Positions 8,066 through 16,900 of a stretch of DNA of 32,000 nt are shown here, piece after piece. Made by a program: the position numbers and the translations under genes. The stretch's first letter is position 1. Every line of letters starts with the position of its first letter. A model generated the notes under the pieces. That model searched no databases. It was not told where the DNA came from and saw nothing but the letters and a program-made list of their open reading frames with translations. Location of the stretch: NCBI RefSeq assembly GCF_008000775.2, contig NZ_CP042905.2:960001-992000 (forward strand). Direction: 5' to 3'. This stretch comes from Promethearchaeum syntrophicum (GTDB lineage Archaea; Asgardarchaeota; Lokiarchaeia; Sigyniarchaeales; Promethearchaeaceae).

Positions 8066-11000
8066 TCAGTAACGAACTATTTTTTCTATTTCTTTTACGA
8101 TTTTCTCATCTAAACCATATAATTCATATACCAAATTATCAATGGTTCTATAATTCTTTGATATTTGGTTTTTAAAATCCCTTAACTCTTTGAAATATGA
8201 TATAATGTTTTCAAAAATATCTTTCTTCTCAATATTTAATTTCTGTTTTTTTAGAATATTAAAGAAATTATCTTTTGATTCCTGTTCGATTTCTAAATTC
8301 AATGTTTTATGTATTTTGAAATAAATATCTGAGATTGAAATTGAATATTGAAGAGAAAGATAGTCCATGAAATTATTATATTTAATGGAAAATTTGTTCC
8401 CAAATTCAATTGTTTCAATACTTAATTTTTCAATCATTTCTACTTTTGATTTATTGTTTTCAGTAATTATAGGAATTAACATATCTTTAAGATCATTAGA
8501 ATTTAATTTTGGAAAGTTCTTTTTTATTGCGTTTGCATGTTTTTTTAAATGAGTATATGTAAAGAACTTTGAATTAATTAAACTCAGTAATAATTCTAAG
8601 GAATATTCATCCTCAATTTGATTTATAACTGCACATGTATTTTTAACAATAATTTCTTCCTCGGTTATTGTTGCTAAAATTGTTTTATTAACAATCTGTT
8701 GAATAATTATTTTCTTTTGATTGAATATCGTCAGATTTCTTGGTTCTGCTAAATGTCTTCCATAGTTAATAAAGGAATCATTATTTCCACTTTTCCATAT
8801 ATTATAATATTTTGATATATTCTTTCCAGAATAAAATTTATTAGTATGTTCATGAGTTTGTAAATTGCTCAAATAAACATTTTCATCTTTGTCTCTTTGA
8901 ATTTGGGATGATTCTGCATTAAAATAAGATATTCCCTTTCCTTTTTGGTAAACCTTGACGCCAAATATTGTAAAGTATTTCTCTTTTAGTTTTAATGTAT
9001 TTTTTTCCAGAAATTCCAAAGAATTTATTCTAAATCTAAATTTTTCATCAAGTTTTTCAATTGGTAATTGATTAAATTCATCCTTCTCTAGCTCAAAAAC
9101 ATTTAATTCTGATCGAGGGATTAATTTTAAATCTTTTAGTTCTATGATTTCTGAGCTATTTATTGTATTCGGGAAAGTAATTATGGCTGAAGGATAATCC
9201 ACATCTTCAAAAACATTATCTCCTAAATCAATTACTTTTAGTTTTTTGGAAAAATGTAATAATTCTCTTCTTACATCAAAATAATCTGGCATTTCTATTA
9301 TTCCATTGGGTACGATATAACCAAAAGCTCCATTAGGTGAAAGTAATGATAAAGCTTTTTTTATAAACATTTTAAAGGAATTTACAACTCGGAAACATAC
9401 ATCCTCGTATTCTTTCTTTAAAAATTTCAATGAATCTGCATTAAATTCAGCACCCCAAGGAGGATTACCAATTATTATATCAAATTTCTTTTTTGGAAGA
9501 ATATTTGGATAATTCTCTTCCCAATTAAATGCAGAAGTTTTATCAATGGAACTATCATTGATTAAAGAATTTCCACATTTAATTATGTTTGATAAATTCA
9601 TTAATTTTTCATTACGTTGTAGAATCTTAAAGAATATTGACAATTTAGTTAGTTCTACAGATTCTTCATTAATATCAACACCAAAAATATTATTTTTAAT
9701 AATAGGAATAGCTTCTTTAATTTCTTGAAATTTTTCAAGTTTAAAATAAGTTGGAACTTTCTTATCTTTCGATTTAATCTTTTTATTTTTATTTTTAGTT
9801 ATATATTTACCTTGCATTTCTTTGAAATCCATTATTTCTCTTTTTATATCTAATAGAATATCGACTGTTTTAATTAAAAATGCGCCTGAACCACAAGAAA
9901 GATCTAAAATTTTGACATTTAGTAATTTTTCATCTAATTCTTCTATGTTTTCTTCATATTCAGCAATTAGATTTGGTATTGATGGAATTCCCCCCTTTTT
10001 AGATAAAAATGGAATAATTGTATTTCTACATAAATATTCTGTGATAAATTCAGGAGTGTAAAAAATACCTTCCTTTTTACGAATCTTTATATCATCCCCT
10101 TTCAATTTCTCAATATCTGAAATAGATTGTTCAAATATATGTCCTAAAATTAGTATACTTATTTCACTCGTAAAATCAAACCTACCCATGAGAATTATAT
10201 TTAGGATTAATTCATTAAGCTCTCCACTGAAAATTTTAATAATTTCTTGTAAATATTCATTTATATCTTGTCTCTCCCTCAATTTAGAATTTAGATAAAT
10301 TTCTTTGTAATAATTCTTTCTTCTTAGGTCTCTAAACGAAATTTCTGGAGGAAAATCTTCTTCAAATAACCCACCATTGAAACCAAAAATTTTTATTGGA
10401 GATTCACTGCCTGAATTAAATTTATTAAATAAAACATTAATTCCTTGATATACAAATGTAGATTTCTCATTAATAACTAATGGGTTTTTAAGAATCGGTA
10501 ATATTGAGTTTTCAAGAATATTTTTACTTATTTTATTTGTACTCTCTGCAAAATATATAAATAATATTCTGTTAAGGAAAATTTGTGCGTATTTTATTGA
10601 AAGGTTTACACCTAAACCTGAAAATTGAAATTCCTTTATCAGCATCAATCGAGTTTCATGATATATTTTGTAGAATTCAGAAGAAAATGATTTTTCCTCT
10701 TTATCAGATTCTAAATAGAGTGTTTCTAAGAATTTTTCATCAATAATCCGTCTTTTAGAAAAAATTCCAATGAATTCTTTGATTTTTGATTCATCTTTCA
10801 GAATGTCTCTAAATTTAAATTGGTAATAACGCTGATTACCTTTAGTATAATCTAACAATATAAATACATCATAATTAGTACATACACCATAAGGTATTGG
10901 ATATTCGCTCATTTTAGTCCATGTTTGGGAAACTGGAGTCTCATAACCTATTTTTTTACGATATTGTTTTCCAAATAAATCCTTTTGTTTGAGCCCTTTA

Positions 11001-11281
11001 CATTCGAAATAAACGGCTATTTTATCTTTATTAGGGTTTAATATAGGAAACTCCATATTTCCTCTTTCATGTTGCAAGTATTCTATTCCTATTTCATAAT
11101 CCAAAATATCATGTAAAATTGTGTTAGCAAATTCAATATAGGCTTTTTTCTCGTCTTTTAATTGCCCCGTGTCTAATAGATTCAACCATCTGCTAATAGC
11201 TTCTTTTTGAACTTTATTTACTTCTACATTTTCACATAAACGCTTAATAGTGGTTTCTTTGAATAATGCACCATTTACCAT
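8066..11281 (-). CDS. Type IIG/IIL single-polypeptide restriction-modification enzyme (Eco57I/MmeI-like, N6-adenine methyltransferase fused to an N-terminal PD-ExK nuclease)
   Basis: Motifs read in order: N-terminal MEF(77)...YFECK(93-95) nuclease-like E...ExK, FNGGLF, GIFYTPEFI, SAM motif I ILDLSCGSGAFL, FGVDIN, and catalytic motif IV IIGNPPWG (DNA 9455-9466). About 460 aa follow as a target-recognition-sized C-terminus. Confidence 0.8.
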   Translation of the reverse strand: MVNGALFKETTIKRLCENVEVNKVQKEAISRWLNLLDTGQLKDEKKAYIEFANTILHDILDYEIGIEYLQHERGNMEFPILNPNKDKIAVYFECKGLKQKDLFGKQYRKKIGYETPVSQTWTKMSEYPIPYGVCTNYDVFILLDYTKGNQRYYQFKFRDILKDESKIKEFIGIFSKRRIIDEKFLETLYLESDKEEKSFSSEFYKIYHETRLMLIKEFQFSGLGVNLSIKYAQIFLNRILFIYFAESTNKISKNILENSILPILKNPLVINEKSTFVYQGINVLFNKFNSGSESPIKIFGFNGGLFEEDFPPEISFRDLRRKNYYKEIYLNSKLRERQDINEYLQEIIKIFSGELNELILNIILMGRFDFTSEISILILGHIFEQSISDIEKLKGDDIKIRKKEGIFYTPEFITEYLCRNTIIPFLSKKGGIPSIPNLIAEYEENIEELDEKLLNVKILDLSCGSGAFLIKTVDILLDIKREIMDFKEMQGKYITKNKNKKIKSKDKKVPTYFKLEKFQEIKEAIPIIKNNIFGVDINEESVELTKLSIFFKILQRNEKLMNLSNIIKCGNSLINDSSIDKTSAFNWEENYPNILPKKKFDIIIGNPPWGAEFNADSLKFLKKEYEDVCFRVVNSFKMFIKKALSLLSPNGAFGYIVPNGIIEMPDYFDVRRELLHFSKKLKVIDLGDNVFEDVDYPSAIITFPNTINSSEIIELKDLKLIPRSELNVFELEKDEFNQLPIEKLDEKFRFRINSLEFLEKNTLKLKEKYFTIFGVKVYQKGKGISYFNAESSQIQRDKDENVYLSNLQTHEHTNKFYSGKNISKYYNIWKSGNNDSFINYGRHLAEPRNLTIFNQKKIIIQQIVNKTILATITEEEIIVKNTCAVINQIEDEYSLELLLSLINSKFFTYTHLKKHANAIKKNFPKLNSNDLKDMLIPIITENNKSKVEMIEKLSIETIEFGNKFSIKYNNFMDYLSLQYSISISDIYFKIHKTLNLEIEQESKDNFFNILKKQKLNIEKKDIFENIISYFKELRDFKNQISKNYRTIDNLVYELYGLDEKIVKEIEKIVRY

Positions 11282-11385
11282 AATTACAATATTGAATGAT
11301 CCTAATAAAAAATCTCTATTAATGACATAATTACTTTCAGTTATTTAATTCAAAATTCTAAAAATTATTTTATTAAAGTCTGGTA

Positions 11386-11412
11386 TTCTTCTTCTTCTTT
11401 TTTTTTTTTTTT
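11386..11412. repeat. (TTC)4-T15 low-complexity tract upstream of the RM gene
   Basis: Read directly from the sequence. It is the inverted counterpart of the A-rich tract at 8021-8053. Confidence 0.8.
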
Positions 11413-11439
11413 ATTTTCCATTTTTAAAAATGTTAAAAA

Positions 11440-11718
11440 TTAGGAAAGTATTTCTTGTTTTCTTTTCTCTAATTCTTGGATAATCACATTAATAGCATTC
11501 AACTCAGTCCCACGAACAGATTTACCTTTTAATAATTCTGCAGTTCCTCTGTACCATGATGTCATTGGTTCAAATTTTGATTTACCATCTTGAATTGGTT
11601 TTTTTACATCTTGTTTTTTTACAACTTTATTCTCAGGAGTAATTTTTCTCTTAGGTTCTGATTTTGGAATATCTATTGTTTTTTCATCCAATAAATCTCC
11701 CATATTAAATTTGGCCAT
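11440..11718 (-). CDS. hypothetical protein (92 aa; basic N-terminal half, helical C-terminus)
   Basis: I moved the start to ATG 11718 (MAKFNMGDLL) because GAGGAGGT (11727-11734) lies 8 nt upstream. The longest ORF, to 11763, has no such signal. Confidence 0.6.
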   Translation of the reverse strand: MAKFNMGDLLDEKTIDIPKSEPKRKITPENKVVKKQDVKKPIQDGKSKFEPMTSWYRGTAELLKGKSVRGTELNAINVIIQELEKRKQEILS

Positions 11719-12013
11719 TTGATTTAACCTCCTCGAATAAAAATTTGATTCTTTCTTTTTCATTTGGTTCTAAATCGACTTCAACACCTAATTTCGCAAA
11801 TGGAACTATAAATTTCTTTAAAATATTATTATCCAAAATCCTATTTTCAATCATTTCTTTACGTAATTCCACTAATTTCTTTCGACTTATTCCAGAATCA
11901 AATTTAATATTCTTTTTAATTTGCGCAACAATATTGTCGAAGGTTAAGCCCTCGGCTAATAATTTTCGTGCTAAATTATTTTTTTTTTCATTTTTTGCCT
12001 TCATAATTTTCAC
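11705..12013 (-). CDS. hypothetical small protein, first gene after the iteron region
   Basis: 102-codon ORF starting at GTG 12013 or ATG 12004 (MKAKNEKK). The NLARKLLAEGLTFDNIVAQI segment could be a helix-turn-helix. Confidence 0.5.
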   Translation of the reverse strand: MKIMKAKNEKKNNLARKLLAEGLTFDNIVAQIKKNIKFDSGISRKKLVELRKEMIENRILDNNILKKFIVPFAKLGVEVDLEPNEKERIKFLFEEVKSNGQI

Positions 12014-12021
12014 TTAATTGA

Positions 12022-12100
12022 CATAAGAAACTATTAGTATTTAAATAATTCTCATAAGAAACTATTAGTATCTAAAAACTTTATAAGAAACTAATAGTAT
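12022..12100. repeat. three 19-bp direct repeats (iteron-like): CATAAGAAACTATTAGTAT x2, TATAAGAAACTAATAGTAT x1
   Basis: Copies lie at 12022-12040, 12053-12071 and 12082-12100, with a period of 29-31 bp. Each contains the 9-bp palindrome ACTA-W-TAGT. Confidence 0.85.
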
Positions 12101-12294
12101 TTAATAATAAAATAGAAGGATTATAAATATATACAAATATTTCTAAAATTAATTTTAAGAATAAGTTTCACTATAAAATTAGTATTTTTATTGATATAAA
12201 GAATTGAGAGTATTAAATTAATAATAGAAAAAATCAAAAAAAATATTTTTTTTGGTTAAATATATAGAAGATAAAATATTCCCGAAGAGTGGAA

Positions 12295-12357
12295 AATAGT
12301 TTTTTACCAAAATCGGTTTAAGTACATTAATATAACCAATATAGGTAAAAAACTATT
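12295..12357. repeat. perfect 14-bp inverted repeat AATAGTTTTTTACC / GGTAAAAAACTATT with a 35-nt spacer
   Basis: The arms are at 12295-12308 and 12344-12357, read directly. They lie in the 470-bp non-coding gap downstream of the helicase-like gene. Confidence 0.8.
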
Positions 12358-12485
12358 ATCATGGGAACAGAATGAGTTTCAAAAATATTATTTAAAGAAA
12401 GAGACTTTTTTGATTAGTAGAATTTAAGAGATTAAATTAAACATTAAATTATTTGTTATTTGAAGGTTTTTGAGAATTCAAAAAA

Positions 12486-14465
12486 TTAAGTTAAATCTGC
12501 TAAATTGTCTACTACTTTGTAGTATGATTTAGGTCTACTTGCTTTCTTAACTAAAGGTTTTTTCTTGATTTTTTCTACAATACCTTCTTTGATTAAGTTA
12601 TTAAGGATAGAATAAATTTGTTTTATTGTAGAAATTTTTCTAATTTCACAACTATTGTAAATTTCTAAACATTCTTCTACACTCCCCAATCCTTTATCTT
12701 TTAATTTTTTGATAAACTTATTGTATTTTTCTTCAGGTATACAATTGAAATTATGAATTTGACTTTCTGGAAATTTAGAATTTTTTACATCAAAATTACT
12801 CATAATATATAATATTTTTTCAAAAGGATGGTGTAGAGTTCTTAGTCTTTCACCCATTTGTAGTGATTGAATTGGACCATAAAGTTCTGTTAATATCTCT
12901 AAAGGAATATTCAAGCATCTACTTATTAATTTACGAATATTAACAGGATACTGACAAGAACCAAATTGAATACCAACATCAAAATCCTTAAATTTATTTT
13001 TACCATCAGTATTGTAAAAGTGCTCAAACTCTACTTGTATATTATATTTTTTAATAAATTCTTTTAAGTCGAATTTTAGTTGATTTTTTATTCTCTTGAA
13101 TGCTGTTATGAAAATTTTTTCGTTTTTATGTTTTAAAAGAATCTGTTTTAACTTCTTTAACAAATTATAATATTTAGAAGTAAATTGGTTAGTTTTTGTA
13201 CTGATTAGAGTATATTTTGCGTAATTTCCAGATGTGAGTTTATTTACACGTTTGAATTGTGGTATTATATTAGGATCATATATGATATCTACCTTATCTT
13301 TAAATTCAGGCATAATTTCATAAAACATTTCTTCTGACATCCCAGAGGCTGGGATTGTTGTATGATTGCTTTTTTCTATTATCTCAACAACATTTTTACG
13401 TGTGTTTTTCAAATAGTTAAATAATAGATTTTTATCAATATCTATCCTATCTTTTAGAGGAATATCATTTTCTTTAATATTGTAAACATCAATAAAAATT
13501 TTAAAAAGATTAGGAAATTGATTATATTCTAATTTTATTTTATTATGTTTATTTTCTATTATACAACTTTTAAAATAATCACTCCATTCTTCAATTTCTT
13601 TTAAAGTATAGATCTTAGTTAGGTTTTCAAGTAGTTCTATTATTTTATTTTTCTTTTTACGAATAGAGTAGATCTTCTTATCTTTATTTATTATACACTT
13701 CAAAATTTCTTTCAACAATAACCATATTTCTTCTTGATCTGGATTATTATATTCAAAGAAAACCTTGTCTACTAATTTTATATAATCCTTTATTTTCAAA
13801 GACTTAGGAAAACTTATTAACTCAAACAACAAACCCATAAATCCTTCATCGAAAACAAGATCCATATCTTTGTGTTTTTCAACTAAATCACCTGGAAAAT
13901 TCGTATTAAGATAGGAAATATTTAGAAAAATTTCCTTTCCGAAACCAATTTCGTCTGTTTGAGATGCTATATTTTTCAAATCCATATATAAACAACCATT
14001 ACTTCTAAATTCACAAATATCTCTACAATATGTTTTTGTTAAATATCCTTTTCTAACCATGTTAAGAAAATCCTTGTCTTTACAACATTTATTACAAGTA
14101 TAATTTTGTTTTATTTTTTCTTTTATATCTTGAACAAATAAAATATGACTAATAATGTCTTTTTGTGATTCTGTTAAAGGATATGTTCTTGAAGTTAGAA
14201 ACGAAAACTCTTTATCTTTGTTTTTTACATCTTGAATAATCTCAGACTCTATTTCATGATTTTGAGTAAAAATTATCACAGTCTTATCATTTTCAGAATA
14301 ATATTTTACTATTGTATAGGTTTTTCCAGATCCTTGTGTATCTCGAAGCAATGTAATTCGTTTATCTGTATTCTCTAATCTATATTCAATTTTTCCTGAA
14401 TGATAGTTTAGAAAATCAAGAATTTTAAAATCATTAGAAACTGATATTGTATTTTCTAACGACAT
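12486..14465 (-). CDS. SF2-helicase-like P-loop NTPase with a Cys-rich insertion and a C-terminal winged-helix-like region (candidate replication protein of the element)
   Basis: Motifs read: Walker A TQGSGKTY (DNA 14319-14333), Ia-like VIIFTQNHE, Walker B/motif II DLVFDEGF, and VI-like LQMGERLR. Six Cys residues lie between motifs I and II (CNKCC...CRDIC...C). The C-terminal IKQIYSILNNLIKEGIVEK looks like a winged helix. Confidence 0.5.
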   Translation of the reverse strand: MSLENTISVSNDFKILDFLNYHSGKIEYRLENTDKRITLLRDTQGSGKTYTIVKYYSENDKTVIIFTQNHEIESEIIQDVKNKDKEFSFLTSRTYPLTESQKDIISHILFVQDIKEKIKQNYTCNKCCKDKDFLNMVRKGYLTKTYCRDICEFRSNGCLYMDLKNIASQTDEIGFGKEIFLNISYLNTNFPGDLVEKHKDMDLVFDEGFMGLLFELISFPKSLKIKDYIKLVDKVFFEYNNPDQEEIWLLLKEILKCIINKDKKIYSIRKKKNKIIELLENLTKIYTLKEIEEWSDYFKSCIIENKHNKIKLEYNQFPNLFKIFIDVYNIKENDIPLKDRIDIDKNLLFNYLKNTRKNVVEIIEKSNHTTIPASGMSEEMFYEIMPEFKDKVDIIYDPNIIPQFKRVNKLTSGNYAKYTLISTKTNQFTSKYYNLLKKLKQILLKHKNEKIFITAFKRIKNQLKFDLKEFIKKYNIQVEFEHFYNTDGKNKFKDFDVGIQFGSCQYPVNIRKLISRCLNIPLEILTELYGPIQSLQMGERLRTLHHPFEKILYIMSNFDVKNSKFPESQIHNFNCIPEEKYNKFIKKLKDKGLGSVEECLEIYNSCEIRKISTIKQIYSILNNLIKEGIVEKIKKKPLVKKASRPKSYYKVVDNLADLT

Positions 14466-14648
14466 TTTTTACTCAACCTATTTTCTGCCATATATCTCGT
14501 ATATTTTTTAAATATTTAAAACTTTGTATGGAAATTTGCCAGAATAGGGTTTTTGGTTGATATATTTAAAGATATACCATTTAAACCATAAATATTTATA
14601 TATCCTCAAATACCATACACTTAAAAGTCTCAAATTTGTATTATATAT

Positions 14649-14762
14649 GTGGATAAGAAAGAAATATCTGATAAAGTATTGATAAAACTCACCTGTTGCT
14701 GCCATGCTTCGATGTTTTTTATTTTAGTCAATTCTTAAAAAATATTTCTTTTTCTTATCCAC
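14649..14762. repeat. imperfect inverted repeat GTGGATAAGAAAGAAATAT / ATATTTCTTTTTCTTATCCAC
   Basis: The arms are at 14649-14667 and 14742-14762. The outer 9 bp are perfect and there is a 2-nt bulge. The repeat lies in the 550-bp divergent intergenic region. Confidence 0.6.
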
Positions 14763-15017
14763 GTTTTTTTCTCTATTTTCAGATAAGACATTTTACCAAA
14801 ACCATTACCTTTACAAAGCAAATTTTAACATTTTACAAATATCGTAAAATCTACTTAATTTACATAAAAAATTCAAAACTCATTTTTCCTATTCAAATGC
14901 TACAAAAATGATTTTTTCCTATATTAAATCGTATTTCCCACAAGATTTTTACTAATCCATATAATAAATTTTATGCTTATTGAAAAATATTAAAAATTAA
15001 TTTGGAAAATTGTTCAT

Positions 15018-15599
15018 TTGAGTAATTTAACCCATAGTATTAAATCCTCAAATTTATTTTATATATATAACGAAGTAATTCAAAATGGAGTGTTAAAAAT
15101 AATGATATTAAGGTCTAAAAGATATAGAAATGCTGAACTACTAAGTTCCTTCAATTTAAGTACAACATATAGAATACTAAGACATAAAATGAATGATATT
15201 CCTCCACTACATACTTGTAATTATCCAACAATTAATTGTAAAAATCGATTAGAAAATGGTTTATGTAGAAATTTACAGTGTTGTTATGAAATAGATCGTT
15301 GTTGGGATAACATTCCAATCAAAAGTAGAGGGTTTATCGCATGTAGTGTGATGGATATAAATATAAATAAGGTTAAAGAAGTAAAAATGATAAAGAAGAA
15401 GAAAAGAAAAAAAAGGTCTAAAAAGAAACTTGAAAGCAGTATTGTTGTAAAGAAAGGTAAACACAAATGCGAATATTGTGATAAAATGACCCATAGACAA
15501 ATCATCCACTCAAACAGATTTCAAAATAAAATATATTTTTTTTGTTCGATGAAATGTAAAGAAAATTGGATCTATAAAATACACGAAAAGGTGAAATAA
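15018..15599 (+). CDS. Cys-rich zinc-finger protein (C-terminal FCS/TRASH-like CxxC...CxxxC)
   Basis: HKCEYCDKMTH...YFFCSMKCKENW is present, along with an earlier cluster CNYPTINCKN...CRNLQCCYEIDRC and a KKKKRKKRSKKK linker. Start is TTG 15018 or ATG 15102 (MILRSK). Confidence 0.5.
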   Translation: MSNLTHSIKSSNLFYIYNEVIQNGVLKIMILRSKRYRNAELLSSFNLSTTYRILRHKMNDIPPLHTCNYPTINCKNRLENGLCRNLQCCYEIDRCWDNIPIKSRGFIACSVMDININKVKEVKMIKKKKRKKRSKKKLESSIVVKKGKHKCEYCDKMTHRQIIHSNRFQNKIYFFCSMKCKENWIYKIHEKVK

Positions 15600-15603
15600 A
15601 GAA

Positions 15604-16476
15604 ATGGAAATAACAAAATCAGACATTCAGATGGGTTTGGAGAAGTATTTGAAAGAATCTAATAATCCAGATAAGTTGTTAAATGCGGAAATATATGAGA
15701 AAAAAATAATCAATCAACAAATGACAAATCAAGAAATTATGAAATTTTATCGCAATTTTGATAAAGTTATTTCTCCTTATGATATTGATATGGCAATAAA
15801 ATCTATTAATGATTTTATCAATCACAATATAAATCCAAAAGAAATTGTGTTCAAATATGATATCCCTGCAATTTTTGAATATTATAAAAAATCTTCTAAA
15901 CACCAAGATATTTTGAAAAGATTAAAAAAATATGACAAAATATTCAATGGAGATATGACAGTCCAGAAAATTATTGAATATTATCCAGACCTTCATTCTC
16001 GGTATGATATTGATGTTATCAAAAAATCTCTTGATGGGTTTATTACTTATTCGATAGGAATTATGTATGAAGAATTTCGTTATAAAATTCTCAAAAAACA
16101 TTTCCCAAAGGTTATTTGGGGAAAAGGTGGAAAATCTGTTCCCGATTTTAAAATAACACAAAAAAATGGAGATGTTATTTTTGAATCTACGAAAATATTG
16201 GATTTTTCAAATAAAATAAAAATATTGTTTAAACACCATAACAGAGAAATTCAAAGTGCCAAAGAATACATGGACGAAACAGGCTTTGAGCCAAAAGTTC
16301 GTGTACACATTTTCAACAAGTACAATAATAAAATATATGTAGAGTATATCCCACAAGAGGTGATTGTGTCAGACATCACGTTGACGAATGAGAATTACCA
16401 TATCTTTAAAGTTGATGAGTTTTATGATGAACATTCGTTGAGGACATGGATAAAGAATTACAAACTATCATGTTAG
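15604..16476 (+). CDS. hypothetical protein with an internal tandem duplication and a possible nuclease-like C-terminal half
   Basis: AGGTGA lies 9 nt upstream of the ATG. Residues 40-72 (MTNQEIMKFY..YDIDMAIKSINDFI) repeat at 118-147 (MTVQKIIEYY..YDIDVIKKSLDGFI). VPDF...DVIFESTK is only loosely PD-(D/E)xK-like. Confidence 0.55.
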   Translation: MEITKSDIQMGLEKYLKESNNPDKLLNAEIYEKKIINQQMTNQEIMKFYRNFDKVISPYDIDMAIKSINDFINHNINPKEIVFKYDIPAIFEYYKKSSKHQDILKRLKKYDKIFNGDMTVQKIIEYYPDLHSRYDIDVIKKSLDGFITYSIGIMYEEFRYKILKKHFPKVIWGKGGKSVPDFKITQKNGDVIFESTKILDFSNKIKILFKHHNREIQSAKEYMDETGFEPKVRVHIFNKYNNKIYVEYIPQEVIVSDITLTNENYHIFKVDEFYDEHSLRTWIKNYKLSC

Positions 16477-16900
16477 AACATCTGAATTGTCGCCCATTTA
16501 AACCTAACACAGAATCACCAAATAGATTAAAAACTATTTAAATTTGAAAAAAAAGTGAAATGACCTCTTAAAATATGCTTTTGGATATTTTTAGAACGAA
16601 AATGTCCTTTTTTTATTATTTTTTTAACACAAAAACGTACCTATATTTAGAACGTTTTCGTACCTTTTTTTGAAAAGAAAAGGGACGTTTTTACACCTTT
16701 TATAATATGAAATAATTTTGAGAATTTATCAATTTGTTAGAATTAATCTATTTTTATATATCGAATTACAGATGTTTTTGAAGGCGATAGTCGAACAAAT
16801 GTTTTCAATAAAGATAATAACCTATTTGAAGAAAAAAGTATAGTAGACCCACAAAACTACTGTTTTTTTGGTATAAATCATTAAAAAACAATATATTTAT

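Noticed and set aside
8066-11281. BREX PglX-type methyltransferase.
   Set aside because: The motif set is shared with PglX, but no BrxA, BrxB, BrxC, PglZ or BrxL-like genes are nearby. An N-terminal ExK nuclease-like motif is present, which favours a stand-alone Type IIG enzyme.
12022-12100. Possible mini-CRISPR array, given regularly spaced direct repeats.
   Set aside because: There are only three units of 19 bp with 10-12-bp gaps. There are no cas genes, the repeats are too short and the spacers far too short. Iterons or operators fit better.
14508-14911. Two ORFs (65 and 71 aa) lie in the divergent intergenic region upstream of the helicase-like gene.
   Set aside because: They have a Tyr/Phe/Ile-rich low-complexity composition, overlap each other on opposite strands, and have no ribosome-binding or promoter context. 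The region is better explained as regulatory or non-coding (see the inverted repeat).
16842-16869. Hairpin AGTAG-N10-CTACT followed by T7 as an intrinsic terminator.
   Set aside because: The stem is only 5 bp and AT-rich. The T-run alone may terminate archaeal transcription, but the hairpin is not supportable as a feature.
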